From positions 40,265-104,264 of IMG/VR virus record IMGVR_UViG_3300035698_019443: a stretch of DNA of 64,000 nucleotides, one strand, 5' to 3'. A model generated the notes under the pieces. That model was not told the DNA's origin. It did no database searches and saw only the letters and a program-made list of their open reading frames with translations. The position numbers and the translations under genes were made by a program. The stretch is from a virus. This document shows positions 19,668 to 28,860 of the stretch, in pieces (position 1 is the first letter of the stretch; the number at the start of each line of letters is the position of its first letter).

Positions 19668-20228
19668 CTACTTGCGCCCCTTGAGGAAGTACCAACCTCC
19701 GCCCGCAACTGCCACGAGAATGACAGCGCCGACGACGTAGGTCCCCATCGAGGATGCGGGCGGGGGAGGTAGCGTTCGGTTGTTGTCCGCGGTGGGAGCT
19801 GGGTCGCCGTCGCGCAACGCCGCGAGCTCAGCGAGCGTCGTGTTCAGCGCCGCCTCGGACGCCTGTGCTGCTTGCGCGCCTGTCTCCATGAGCTGCTCGT
19901 GCTCGCGGATGTCCTCTTCCGACTGGGAGTCCCGAACGCTACTATAGATCTGGACGACAGCGTCGACTGCTCCCGCAGCAGCCCCAGTAATCGAGTCGAT
20001 GAGGTCAGTCACGGTCGAGCCCAGTCCGCTCATTCCGCTAGCCCGGCGAGAGATCGCCTCGGCGAGGGCGGTCTGCAAGGGCACGCCGGCAGAGGTTCTC
20101 TGTAGGACATAACGGTCCTGCCCGATCCGCCCCATGGCGTAATTGAGCGCTGCGGCCCGCACGTTCGGGGGCACGTTCGACTGGCGCAGTTTAGTGATGA
20201 GAGCCCTAGCTGCTTGTTGCGAGTTCAT
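19668..20228 (-). CDS. C-tail-anchored membrane protein
   Basis: Ends YVVGAVILVAVAGGGWYFLKGRK; contains GMSGLG. Confidence 0.7.
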   Translation of the reverse strand: MNSQQAARALITKLRQSNVPPNVRAAALNYAMGRIGQDRYVLQRTSAGVPLQTALAEAISRRASGMSGLGSTVTDLIDSITGAAAGAVDAVVQIYSSVRDSQSEEDIREHEQLMETGAQAAQASEAALNTTLAELAALRDGDPAPTADNNRTLPPPPASSMGTYVVGAVILVAVAGGGWYFLKGRK

Positions 20229-20790
20229 CGTCCTCTTCCTCCTCGGGTATCTCAGGGGCTGGCGGGGAACCCGACTCCCCCGGCATGGGTGGACGGTTCG
20301 GACGCCAACGGTCCCAACCGATCCAACCGAGAGCTCCGAGGGCGCCCAAGGCGACCACGGGTGGAGCCCACCGACGAAGTGTCAATGCGACCCCCGGCAC
20401 GTCGATCCCGAGCTCGCCTTGGATCTTTCCTTCGGAGCCGGCGAGGTATTCGAAGATCGACGAGAGCTGCCATGCCCCTCCGAGCGCGGCGGCAGGACTC
20501 GAGCACGCGGCGATCGCGGTCGAAGGCGGGAGTCCCGCATCGACGTCCGACAACCCTGGCTCGGCGCCAGACAGTAGACGAAGGTAATCGCGCAGTCCGT
20601 GCGCTGCCTCCTCCTCGAGCTTGGTGTTTCTCAACGCCCCTACTCGCTGGGCGAGCTCCTCGGGGCTATGACGTCGCGACCCTCGTCCGAGGATGGCGGC
20701 TTGGGTGAGAGCGCGAGCACGATGGTAGTCTGCCACTGCGCCCCGAAGTCTATCGTGGGCGACCGTAGCCTCTCGCAGAACGTCAGTCAT
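20206..20790 (-). CDS. Membrane protein with acidic tail
   Basis: TM VVALGALGALGWIGW near the C-terminus. Confidence 0.6.
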   Translation of the reverse strand: MTDVLREATVAHDRLRGAVADYHRARALTQAAILGRGSRRHSPEELAQRVGALRNTKLEEEAAHGLRDYLRLLSGAEPGLSDVDAGLPPSTAIAACSSPAAALGGAWQLSSIFEYLAGSEGKIQGELGIDVPGVALTLRRWAPPVVALGALGALGWIGWDRWRPNRPPMPGESGSPPAPEIPEEEEDDELATSS

Positions 20791-20795
20791 GTTGT

Positions 20796-21440
20796 CTATG
20801 ATACGCGATTTGCGAAAGAGATGTCATCCCAGAGGCTCTTGGGGATCCACCGCCCGTGAATTTGGTAGAAGGCGAACTGCCCGGTGTGAAACTCTATGGG
20901 AGTTCCGAGATGGGTCATTAGGAGCTCTACGGTATCACCTTCGTACGCGATGAGATGTACCGGCACGTCACCCCAGTTGTCCATAAGGTTACGGTTGCAG
21001 AGTGCCGAGCCTGACGCGATTGTGCCGTAGGAGTCCGTTTGCATATCCAGCGGGGATAGGCCTGCAATCTTGGTCCCCCACAGCAGGTAGGGGAGCAGCG
21101 CGTAGTCTCCGACACTATAGAGGCCAGTAGCCGTCTGCCCGAGTAGAAACGCGAACTGCACCTGTGAGATGTCGAGGACTAGCCCAGAAGGTACAGTGAA
21201 CTGCACCATGGACGTCACGACTCCAACTGCCTGGTTCTTGAAGGGAGCCACGCCTTCCCGTACATAGAAACTCGTCGCGTCCGGCGGTAGGGTGTCGTAC
21301 ATCCCCTGCGTGATTCGAACGAGCTGCGGGCCACGCTCTGGCTGAACGATCGTCCCTGAGCCAGGTTTACGCACCAGAGGCCGTTGGATCGACCTGATCG
21401 ACTTCTCTCTGAGCTTTCTCGTATCGTGTTTATTTGCCAC
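20796..21440 (-). CDS. Putative jelly-roll capsid/penton protein
   Basis: Beta-strand alternation, MVQFTVPSGLVLDI; third of three ~200-aa genes. Confidence 0.5.
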   Translation of the reverse strand: MANKHDTRKLREKSIRSIQRPLVRKPGSGTIVQPERGPQLVRITQGMYDTLPPDATSFYVREGVAPFKNQAVGVVTSMVQFTVPSGLVLDISQVQFAFLLGQTATGLYSVGDYALLPYLLWGTKIAGLSPLDMQTDSYGTIASGSALCNRNLMDNWGDVPVHLIAYEGDTVELLMTHLGTPIEFHTGQFAFYQIHGRWIPKSLWDDISFANRVS

Positions 21441-21451
21441 GATTGCTCCTT

Positions 21452-22102
21452 CTAGCTCTTCAAGACGTCAAGGCACTGCACGCCCACCATTTGAATGTAG
21501 AGCGTTCCATCGGTGCCCGGTGCGACCGAGGGCGTGACGTAGAATCGCGCCGTCGAGTTGGGGCCGAAGCCGTCGCCCTCTGGGCCGAGAATCCCGTCTT
21601 GGTCCTGTCGGTAGAGGATGTCCGAGGGGATCGCACGATCTTGCCGGTCCCGCTCGGCTCGCCCGTCGGAGTACTCCCAGAAGAAGTCGAGCACGTCGTC
21701 GACTGGCGATGCCGCGACCTCCTGCGAGCCCGCGATGTAAGGGTTGCCGCTCGAGATCGGGCGGAACCTGCCGCTGTTGGTACCGCTCGAGGGCACCCAC
21801 ACCATATGGAGGCGGTCGAGAAAGAACCAACCCTCCTCGGACACTGCCACGGCACCGCTCGCGCGCTCGGCAGAGCCCGAGGTCAGCGCAACGGAGACGC
21901 GGTAGGTAAAGGGGATGATCTTCGCGGCGTTGAGCTCCGTGTACCGGCGGAAAGAGAGCTGTCGGCCTTCGAGCGCGTCGAGCCGCGCGATGAGTTGGCT
22001 GGGATCACCAAACTCTTTGAGTCGCCCGTAGAGCTTGCGGAGCCCCACCGAGGTGTCCTCTTGCTTGTTTCGGAGTGCAGCGATCGCTTCGTTGATGTTC
22101 AC
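21452..22102 (-). CDS. Putative single jelly-roll capsid protein 2
   Basis: Short helical N-terminus then beta strands (PFTYRVSV...TLYIQMVG); strong AGGAGG SD. Confidence 0.55.
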   Translation of the reverse strand: MNINEAIAALRNKQEDTSVGLRKLYGRLKEFGDPSQLIARLDALEGRQLSFRRYTELNAAKIIPFTYRVSVALTSGSAERASGAVAVSEEGWFFLDRLHMVWVPSSGTNSGRFRPISSGNPYIAGSQEVAASPVDDVLDFFWEYSDGRAERDRQDRAIPSDILYRQDQDGILGPEGDGFGPNSTARFYVTPSVAPGTDGTLYIQMVGVQCLDVLKS

Positions 22103-22130
22103 GGTAATCTCCTCCTCTAATGAGGGTAAA

Positions 22131-22171
22131 GCCCCCGGCGAGGTCGACTTCGCGTGACACTCGGCGGGGGC
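22131..22171 (-). terminator. Imperfect GC hairpin after the putative MCP gene (partial terminator/attenuator)
   Basis: GCCCCC..CGAG...CTCG..GGGGGC followed by TTTA on the minus strand. Confidence 0.45.
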
Positions 22172-22211
22172 TCACCTGTCGTTGCAACAGTAAGCTATGT
22201 AGGTGTTCTCC

Positions 22212-22820
22212 CTACAGGACGTCGCGGACGTGCAGCCCATCGATCATGTAGCCGATGGAAACTTCGCCAGCGGTCAGCGCGGTGATGTCTGTGGCGAGGT
22301 CTGCAGAACCAAGCGCCGAGACACTCGCGTTGACCAAGAAGTTTTGCCTCGCCGGAATAGCTATACTTCTCGCCAACTTGCAGATACTTTCCTGGCTCGG
22401 TACCCCGTTATTAAAGTAAACGGTTGTGTCCGAACCGACGTCGCCGAAGAGACCACCACCTGCGGGCAAGTAGAAGGTCGGCGCCGTGAAGGCCTGCTTG
22501 TTTTGGATGACCAACTCCCAGAAGAGCTGAGCCATCGCGTGATGGTACATGATGTGGTCGTTCTGCGACGCGCCGACACAACCGCGGAAGTACAACCAAA
22601 CACGAAGGGCGAGCACTCGGTAGCTTTGGTCGGATGGGAACGCGCCTGCGCCCTCCATGTTTGTGAGAGCGACGGCGCCCGTGCTCGCAGCGGTGAACAG
22701 CCGGATGGGGCTGTTGGCGATGGTCGTTCGGGGGGTGAACCCGCCGGCGACGTTGCCTCGGATCAGAGTGTCCCAGAACGGCTGGTGTCGCCGTTCTTTC
22801 ATTCCACGTACTTTCGACAT
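22212..22820 (-). CDS. Putative major capsid protein (single jelly-roll)
   Basis: QPFWDT...RLF...TNM..AGAFP.DQSY.V...IPARQNF...IDG beta-sandwich pattern; follows the core-protein gene; paralog at 59204. Confidence 0.6.
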   Translation of the reverse strand: MSKVRGMKERRHQPFWDTLIRGNVAGGFTPRTTIANSPIRLFTAASTGAVALTNMEGAGAFPSDQSYRVLALRVWLYFRGCVGASQNDHIMYHHAMAQLFWELVIQNKQAFTAPTFYLPAGGGLFGDVGSDTTVYFNNGVPSQESICKLARSIAIPARQNFLVNASVSALGSADLATDITALTAGEVSIGYMIDGLHVRDVL

Positions 22821-22893
22821 CTCTTTGCTCCTCTCCTCGAAATCCTGTTTCTTTTCTGCGGGTGCGCTCCCACATCTTCCGAGGTGTTATTGC

Positions 22894-24570
22894 CTATCCA
22901 GAGAACACACTGCCGGCCAAGATGCCGGTCGATGCTGGGGAACCGTACTTGCCTGTGATCGGCTTGACGTAGCCAGGGGCTCCGTCAACCGGCCAGTTGC
23001 CCGCACTGCGCGGGTAGTCACCGGGTTGATTCGGCATGACAGTGACGCCGCCAGCGGGGGCGCCATTGAAGGCTTGATTGACCGCGGAGAGCACGGCAGC
23101 GCGAAGCTGCGGAGTGCCCTTGACCATGCCCATGCGGTTCTTGACTTCGCGGTAGGCGTGGATGGCGGCTTGTTTCGCGTTGGCGCCGGTGGCTGCCGCA
23201 GCGTTGGCGGCGTCAGCGATCGCCGCGTGGATCACTTCATTGCCCTGCGCGGCTTTGTCGCCGAGCACGCCGCCGTGAGTCTCGTTGCCGTAGAGCGAGC
23301 CGCCCTCATCAGCGAGACCCTCGTCCGCCGTGATATCGAAGCCTGCGACGGCTTCCTCGACTTCGAGGCCCATGCCGGGCTCTTCGATGTACTCGGCGAG
23401 ACCGTTGTCTACGCTGACGTCGAAGTCGGCGAGACCGTTGTCAATGCCGATATCGAGACCCATTCCAGGTGTCTCGATGTACTCGCCCATGCCTGGCTCT
23501 TCGATGTATTCACCGACGCCGGGCTCTTGGATGTACTCACCGATGCCATCGTCCGCCGCGAGTGCGCCGGCCATGCCACCGGAGAGAGCTCGCTCGTAGA
23601 CATCGAGGTTCGAGCCCATGCCGTAGCCTGCGAGGTCCTCGGCCAAGAGACCAACGGGCGGGGCGACATAGGCCTGGACGTTGGGCGGAGCGAACTGCGT
23701 GAGCAGAGTCTCGGCCAACGAGACAAGCGCGCCGACCATCGCTGCCTCGGAGTACTTGTCGAGGGGCTTGAGCGCGGCGACCTTCTTGGGAAGGTAGAAA
23801 GCAGCGAGCGCCACAGCGAGATTCGAGATGGCGGGGGCGTAGGGTCGCACCGACGCCGGAACCGCCTCGAGCTGCATGATCTGGTTGCCCGCCACGCGAC
23901 CGGCGAAGAAGCCTGCGCCACCAGCCAGGAAGGGAAGAACCATCGTCTTCAGCGTGGGCACGAGGCCCATGTTGCGACGATAGCTACGACGCTTCGTGGT
24001 CTTGCGCCGCTTGGACGCGGTGCTCTTGCGACCGGCGCGCTTCGAGAAGCGACCGTTCTTCAGACGCTTGCGGCTCGTGGCCTTGCGGCTCGTGCTCTTG
24101 CGGCGCTTGGAGGCGGCGACTTTGCGTTTCTTGACCCGACGTTTCTTTCCTTTGTTGCCCACCCAGACCCACTCGGCCTTCTCATGGACGGCGTCGCGGG
24201 GATACCAGCCAGCCCATTCGATCCCAGCAGTCTTGGCTGCCTTGGAGCGGGCTTTTCGATTGGTGAGCTTGGCTTTCGAGGGGCGCGTGCCGCCCTGGGC
24301 TCTTCGCTTCGGGGGGGTCTTCTTCGTGACCTTGGCACGCTTGGCCCTCTTGGCCTTTGCGAGATTGGCGGAACGCGTGGCGCGGCCTTTGGCGAGCGCG
24401 TCGAGGGTCGCCTGAGAGACCTTCTTCTTCTCTGGGTTGCGCTTGGCTTTCCTACGCACGGCCTTTTTTCGCTTCTTGGTCACTTTAGAGCCTCCTGCCT
24501 TTGCCTTTTTCGGCTTGCCTGGGTTCACCAGGGTGAGCAGGGTCGGGTTCTCTATCGCGTGGTATTTCAC
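22894..24570 (-). CDS. Putative core/DNA-condensing protein: K/R-rich N-terminus, hydrophobic middle, acidic Gly repeats
   Basis: ~200 aa dominated by K/R/A/S; three hydrophobic helices; G[IVML][GA]EY repeats. Confidence 0.7.
   Translation of the reverse strand: MKYHAIENPTLLTLVNPGKPKKAKAGGSKVTKKRKKAVRRKAKRNPEKKKVSQATLDALAKGRATRSANLAKAKRAKRAKVTKKTPPKRRAQGGTRPSKAKLTNRKARSKAAKTAGIEWAGWYPRDAVHEKAEWVWVGNKGKKRRVKKRKVAASKRRKSTSRKATSRKRLKNGRFSKRAGRKSTASKRRKTTKRRSYRRNMGLVPTLKTMVLPFLAGGAGFFAGRVAGNQIMQLEAVPASVRPYAPAISNLAVALAAFYLPKKVAALKPLDKYSEAAMVGALVSLAETLLTQFAPPNVQAYVAPPVGLLAEDLAGYGMGSNLDVYERALSGGMAGALAADDGIGEYIQEPGVGEYIEEPGMGEYIETPGMGLDIGIDNGLADFDVSVDNGLAEYIEEPGMGLEVEEAVAGFDITADEGLADEGGSLYGNETHGGVLGDKAAQGNEVIHAAIADAANAAAATGANAKQAAIHAYREVKNRMGMVKGTPQLRAAVLSAVNQAFNGAPAGGVTVMPNQPGDYPRSAGNWPVDGAPGYVKPITGKYGSPASTGILAGSVFSG
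23364..23547 (-). repeat. Tandem 9-11-codon repeats (PGMGEYIEE / DNGLA)
   Basis: GGCTCTTCGATGTACTC-like units; TCGGCGAGACCGTTGTC twice. Confidence 0.85.
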
Positions 24571-24618
24571 TTGCTCACCATGCTTTACAGCCTACGCGGG
24601 TCGCAGGCGGACTCTCAA
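24567..24618 (-). promoter_or_regulatory. Promoter plus leaderless 4-codon uORF (MVSK) coupled to the core gene
   Basis: TTGAGA-N18-TAGGCT-N7-ATG GTG AGC AAG TGA; the TGA overlaps the GTG start at 24570. Confidence 0.6.
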
Positions 24619-24667
24619 CTACGCGAAACCCCTAGTTAGTGGACGTCCCAATACTGTTTCGCGTCGT

Positions 24668-24696
24668 TTGACCGAGTTTGTCGTGGTTGGTAGACT
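24668..24696 (+). promoter_or_regulatory. sigma70-like leaderless promoter
   Basis: TTGACC-N17-TAGACT (TG extension)-N7-GTG. Confidence 0.75.
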
Positions 24697-24703
24697 GGTA
24701 AGT

Positions 24704-24988
24704 GTGAAGATACAGCCGAACCGCTACTACGCCGTCAAAGAGATCGCCGGCTACTTCGAGGTCGTCGACCAAACTATCGTCAATGCAATCAACCGCGGCC
24801 AACTCGTGGCGACGAAGTTAATGAATACGTGGCGGATAAAAGGCGAGTGGGTGTTGGCGTTCGAGAAGGAAGCAGTGGCGCACGCGAAGGCTATCCGCAA
24901 ATCCCTGCCGCCAATACGGACAGTCCCGACCCCGCGAAAAGTGCTACGATCCGGCGCCCGTCCCATGCAAAAAGGGCGTCTCCGTTAG
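24704..24988 (+). CDS. Excisionase-like HTH DNA-binding protein
   Basis: YAVKEIAGYFEVVDQTIVNAINRGQLVATKL..WRI. Confidence 0.85.
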   Translation: MKIQPNRYYAVKEIAGYFEVVDQTIVNAINRGQLVATKLMNTWRIKGEWVLAFEKEAVAHAKAIRKSLPPIRTVPTPRKVLRSGARPMQKGRLR

Positions 24989-25370
24989 GCGAGGAGCAGA
25001 GCAGCGTCCCCTTCTTTGGCGTTGACCGATAGAGCTGATCACCCACACGGATATCCGCCCCGAGGAAGTAGCCGAGCACAGCTGCGGAGTCGGGGTAGTG
25101 CTTGAGCGGTGACGATACCGTCTTCGCGCGGACGCCCTTCGTCGTACCGGCGGGCTCGAAGCACTTTACGCTCTTGCCATGGTCATGGAAGTATCGCTGA
25201 ATATCCCCGTTCTCGTGCCACTTGTCAGACCCGTAGTAGGTCGTCTCGGCGGACCCCACGAGCACCCACTTCGTCGGCCACTTCGCGTTGACGTCAATCT
25301 CCTTACGGATCTTCTTCTGGTGGAAGAGCTCCCACCGCTTGCGGGCGCCGGCGATGTCTCGACGTGCCAT
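24891..25370 (-). CDS. Hypothetical virion-cluster protein
   Basis: GAGG SD; last gene of the membrane-protein operon. Confidence 0.65.
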   Translation of the reverse strand: MARRDIAGARKRWELFHQKKIRKEIDVNAKWPTKWVLVGSAETTYYGSDKWHENGDIQRYFHDHGKSVKCFEPAGTTKGVRAKTVSSPLKHYPDSAAVLGYFLGADIRVGDQLYRSTPKKGTLLCSSPNGDALFAWDGRRIVALFAGSGLSVLAAGICG

Positions 25371-25373
25371 TGA

Positions 25374-25685
25374 TTACCTCTTCAGCAGAAGGAGAGCAGC
25401 GAGCGCCCCGATGGCGATCCACTCGAAGGGGACCGACGGGACACCCGAGCGGCAGATACAGCCCAATGCGGCCTCGCCCTTGCCGACCTTCCGCGCCAGG
25501 AGGGGCAGACGAGGGACGGCAGTGCCGATGGGGACGCCGATCTTCGCCGCGATAATTCGGGATGCGCGAGGAGCTCCGCCCGTCTGGTAGTAGTCGTAGC
25601 CGTCGCCCCGCCAAACGGAGCAGAGGCGCGCTACTTGCGGAGCCACAGGAATGCCGCCAAGGCCGCGGCGCCACCGATGATCCAT
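25374..25685 (-). CDS. C-tail-anchored membrane protein (start uncertain)
   Basis: Ends WIAIGALAALLLLKR. Confidence 0.55.
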   Translation of the reverse strand: MDHRWRRGLGGIPVAPQVARLCSVWRGDGYDYYQTGGAPRASRIIAAKIGVPIGTAVPRLPLLARKVGKGEAALGCICRSGVPSVPFEWIAIGALAALLLLKR

Positions 25686-25993
25686 GTTCTCTCTCCTGCG
25701 CTGCGATCGCCCCACCATCCGCTCAGCCCATCAACCGACCCGCCAGCGTTGAGCATCGGCGCGTTGCCGTACATCGTCGTGCCGGGGACCACTTTGTTGG
25801 TGAACGGCGCGAGCGACCCGGCGTCATCGGTCCACCGAGGGTCGAGCGCCCAGTGTGTCGCGAAGACACCATGTCGGTCTGCGGGTAGAATCGGCCCACC
25901 GAAGACGCCGCCACGGTAGGTAACTGGGGCGGGGATCTTCGCCACGCCAGTGCCGTGAACGGGACGCCGAACCTGAACGTATCGTCTGCTCAT
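25631..25993 (-). CDS. C-tail-anchored membrane protein
   Basis: ATGA overlap; ends WIIGGAAALAAFLWLRK. Confidence 0.7.
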   Translation of the reverse strand: MSRRYVQVRRPVHGTGVAKIPAPVTYRGGVFGGPILPADRHGVFATHWALDPRWTDDAGSLAPFTNKVVPGTTMYGNAPMLNAGGSVDGLSGWWGDRSAGERTWIIGGAAALAAFLWLRK

Positions 25994-26781
25994 TTGCTTG
26001 CCTTCTTTTTGAACAGGGTAGCGATGCGCCCCCCTGGCGTTCCGTATTTGACGTAGAGCGCGACCCCCGCGAGCACCGAGACCCCGCCAACGACGACCCA
26101 CGCCGGCACTCCGCCGCCCGCCTTGTCGTCGTCATCCTCGTCGCTGCTACCGCCGCCACCGTTGCCCGTGTTGGTTACTGGCGTGTGCCCGCCGTAGAGC
26201 GACTCTTCCATCGAGCCGCCATCTTCCGCCTCGAGCACACTGATGAGATCCGCAGTGATATCAGCTGACGAGTCTCCGGTCACAGACTCTGCCACTGCGC
26301 CTATTGGAGAGTACAAGAGAACATTCCGCACCAGCCTGCTGCTCAGGTCGGTGATGCGTGGATCATAGCGCGAGGCTGGCATCGCTCGCCATCGATCGGA
26401 GACTACGAGAGCTCGCCGCACAGCGACGTTCGCATCACGGACCAGTTGCTGCAAGACACGGACAGCAGCGACCGAGGGCTGTGGGGGTAGCGCAGAGATC
26501 TCTGCCTGCGTGGCCTGTACTCGTCTCGTGCGCGATCTTAGCTCTGCCATAATCGGGGAAGCCTCTTCCCCGCAGTCCTCATCAAATGAGTTCCACCACA
26601 ACGCCGCTGGCATATTCCAGGTGAACTGTCTCGCCAGCCACCCAGGACGGTCCCCATAGGTTTGTCGACCCTGCTCCGCCCGTTGCTCCAACGAAGCGAA
26701 GAGTGTCGCTACGTCATTCAGCCCCCCAGTAAGATGGAGCACTCGGGCTCGAAGAACCGTCGTTGTCAGTGCGATGGTCAT
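25990..26781 (-). CDS. C-tail-anchored membrane protein
   Basis: G/D linker, then WVVVGGVSVLAGVALYV, basic tail. Confidence 0.7.
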   Translation of the reverse strand: MTIALTTTVLRARVLHLTGGLNDVATLFASLEQRAEQGRQTYGDRPGWLARQFTWNMPAALWWNSFDEDCGEEASPIMAELRSRTRRVQATQAEISALPPQPSVAAVRVLQQLVRDANVAVRRALVVSDRWRAMPASRYDPRITDLSSRLVRNVLLYSPIGAVAESVTGDSSADITADLISVLEAEDGGSMEESLYGGHTPVTNTGNGGGGSSDEDDDDKAGGGVPAWVVVGGVSVLAGVALYVKYGTPGGRIATLFKKKASK

Positions 26782-26784
26782 CGT

Positions 26785-26973
26785 CTACTTCTCCCTCAGT
26801 AGCCAGATCGCCCCGCCGAGTACAACGACGGCGCCGACGACCCAGAAGGCAGCACGCACTGGCTCCACCGTCCCGAGCGCGGGGCGGGGGTAGCGGTAGA
26901 GTTGGTTGCGACCTCGAGGCATACGCGCGAAGCGCCCGCCGTAGGTCACTGGGGTTCGGGTCTGATACTTCAT
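26785..26973 (-). CDS. Small C-tail-anchored membrane protein
   Basis: GAGG SD; ends FWVVGAVVVLGGAIWLLREK. Confidence 0.65.
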   Translation of the reverse strand: MKYQTRTPVTYGGRFARMPRGRNQLYRYPRPALGTVEPVRAAFWVVGAVVVLGGAIWLLREK

Positions 26974-26980
26974 AGTGTCC

Positions 26981-27769
26981 TCACTTCGTCCAACGGTAGA
27001 TACCGTAGACGAGGGCGGCGAGGCCCGCGGCCCCAATGATGTAGACGTAGACGGGGCGCCCCTCGTTGTCGATCGACCCCGTTTCCATAATCGCTTCGAG
27101 CGATCCGACCATCGACGCAGCCTTCGCGAGGACGTCCTCGAGGTGCTGCCACGTCGCGTCCTGTACACCGGGCGGCTTGCCGGCGCCGAGAAAGACCATA
27201 GCGGTATAGATGCTGTCGGCTATTTTGTCCCGCAGTCCTTGATGTGTGGGTTGCATCTCGAGCACCTCGAGTTGCCAGTCCAAGACGTTGGCGAGGCTGC
27301 GAAGCGACGACTCCCCGCCAGCCCTTGGCGCCGCAGCGGACGACGTGAGCATTTTGAGCCCGCCGAGCTGCCCCCGCTCACTCAGCGTCCTCTCCGTCGA
27401 AACGAGCAGATCGCGTGCTTGCGAGAACGCCGTCCGAATAGTCACCATGAAAACGTCTCGACGAGCGAGCCACTGCTCCGCAACTGCCTCCTCTTGCCCA
27501 GCCCGCGGCACAAGATAGTCGGGACGGGGGAAGAGGATGGCGGCTTCGGGGAAGTCCTCTCCAACACTGTCGGAGAGACGTCGGACGGCCCAGAAGAGGC
27601 GAACGAAGGTTGAGCGGACGCGGCTCCAAGGATCGATCGTCTTCCCTGTGCCAAGTTGGGTCCAGGTGCTCCCCTCCTCGGCGCGATGAAGCGCCTGTTC
27701 GAGCGCCAGCCGTGCAGAGTCAAGCGTGTGCTTGCGATCGAGGTAGCCCTGTGCCGCCGCCGTCGTCAT
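26981..27769 (-). CDS. C-tail-anchored helical membrane protein
   Basis: Ends YIIGAAGLAALVYGIYRWTK. Confidence 0.7.
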   Translation of the reverse strand: MTTAAAQGYLDRKHTLDSARLALEQALHRAEEGSTWTQLGTGKTIDPWSRVRSTFVRLFWAVRRLSDSVGEDFPEAAILFPRPDYLVPRAGQEEAVAEQWLARRDVFMVTIRTAFSQARDLLVSTERTLSERGQLGGLKMLTSSAAAPRAGGESSLRSLANVLDWQLEVLEMQPTHQGLRDKIADSIYTAMVFLGAGKPPGVQDATWQHLEDVLAKAASMVGSLEAIMETGSIDNEGRPVYVYIIGAAGLAALVYGIYRWTK

Positions 27770-28857
27770 TTCGACTCCTTAGTCACGGAGTAGATGCCGT
27801 ATGCGGCAGCCGCCGCCCCACCAAGCCACATGAGCGGATGGTCCTCGATGGACTGCATGATCTTGTCCTGTAGCGTTGGCTCCTCGACGTCGGGCGTCTC
27901 ATCCTCGTCGAGCAGCGGCTCGTCGTCCGACAAGATCGGGTCTTCGTCAGGGAGCTCGTCTTCGTCGGGGAGCTCGTCTTCGTCGGGGAGCTCGTCTTCC
28001 GTGGGCTCGTCGCCATCCTCCGCGGCGAGGTCAATGACGAGGGACGTGTTCGTCGTCTTGCCGGTCTTCCTCGTGGTCTGCCCGCCGAAGATGTCTTGGT
28101 CCGTGCTCGTTCCACCGATCCGCCCCCCCTTGCCACTCGCCGTCTGGCCCGCCTCGATCTCGGTGAGCAAGGTCCGCCCTCCACGGGCGTAGTTACCGAG
28201 GTTGAAGTTGAATACACTTGCTGTCCACGCCGTCGGCTTCGGCCCCGCGAGCATGCGCTCGGCGGCTATGACTGCGATGCGGAACTGAGGGAGCAGCGTT
28301 GAGACGAGGCTCGAGTTGCCACTCTTCACAGCCGCCTCTATCCGCCCCTGCAACATGACCAGGCGACCCTTCACGAGATTGACCGCTGCGATCGTTGGGG
28401 CTGCCGAAGCAGCGACGAACGGGGCTTTCTTTGTACCGTGCTTGCCGAGGAACTGCTCTCTTGCGATCGCCATCGAAGCCGTGCCTGCGGTCCTCACGGT
28501 TCCCGCCCCAACGGCTGCTCCCTTAGCTCGCTGCTCGGCGAGGAAATCAAAGAGCTGGAAGTGCCGCAGCGGGATGAGGTAGGACCCACCCTGGCTGCCC
28601 GCCGGGAGCGACGGGGGGTAGTACTGCCCTGCGCCTTTGTACCCAAGGCGGTAGATATTTGCGAGCAGGCCAGCGTTCAGGTTCAGCCGGTTGAGCAGCG
28701 TCTTCGCGACGTCAGACACACGTCGCCCTGCCACGGTGTTCGGGGCCGCGGCTCTGATCGCCCCCAGGTCCGTCACGTTCTGGGCGTACTGCTCGGGGCG
28801 GTACACCGTAACCGCGATGTTGTTGATCATCCCCGTCTGGGGTGCGACTTGGCCCAT
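27766..28857 (-). CDS. C-tail-anchored protein with acidic repeat linker
   Basis: EDELPD repeats, then PLMWLGGAAAAAYGIY. Confidence 0.7.
   Translation of the reverse strand: MGQVAPQTGMINNIAVTVYRPEQYAQNVTDLGAIRAAAPNTVAGRRVSDVAKTLLNRLNLNAGLLANIYRLGYKGAGQYYPPSLPAGSQGGSYLIPLRHFQLFDFLAEQRAKGAAVGAGTVRTAGTASMAIAREQFLGKHGTKKAPFVAASAAPTIAAVNLVKGRLVMLQGRIEAAVKSGNSSLVSTLLPQFRIAVIAAERMLAGPKPTAWTASVFNFNLGNYARGGRTLLTEIEAGQTASGKGGRIGGTSTDQDIFGGQTTRKTGKTTNTSLVIDLAAEDGDEPTEDELPDEDELPDEDELPDEDPILSDDEPLLDEDETPDVEEPTLQDKIMQSIEDHPLMWLGGAAAAAYGIYSVTKESK
27941..27999. repeat. 18-bp tandem repeat x3 (EDELPD)
   Basis: TCTTCGTCRGGGAGCTCG x3. Confidence 0.9.
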
Positions 28858-28860
28858 GGT

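Noticed and set aside
22657-24639. 660-aa plus-strand ORF and similar long antisense ORFs (e.g. 863-1933, 40964-42253, 54933-56045, 61649-62455)
   Set aside because: Shadow frames of GC-rich genes on the opposite strand; no motifs or translation signals
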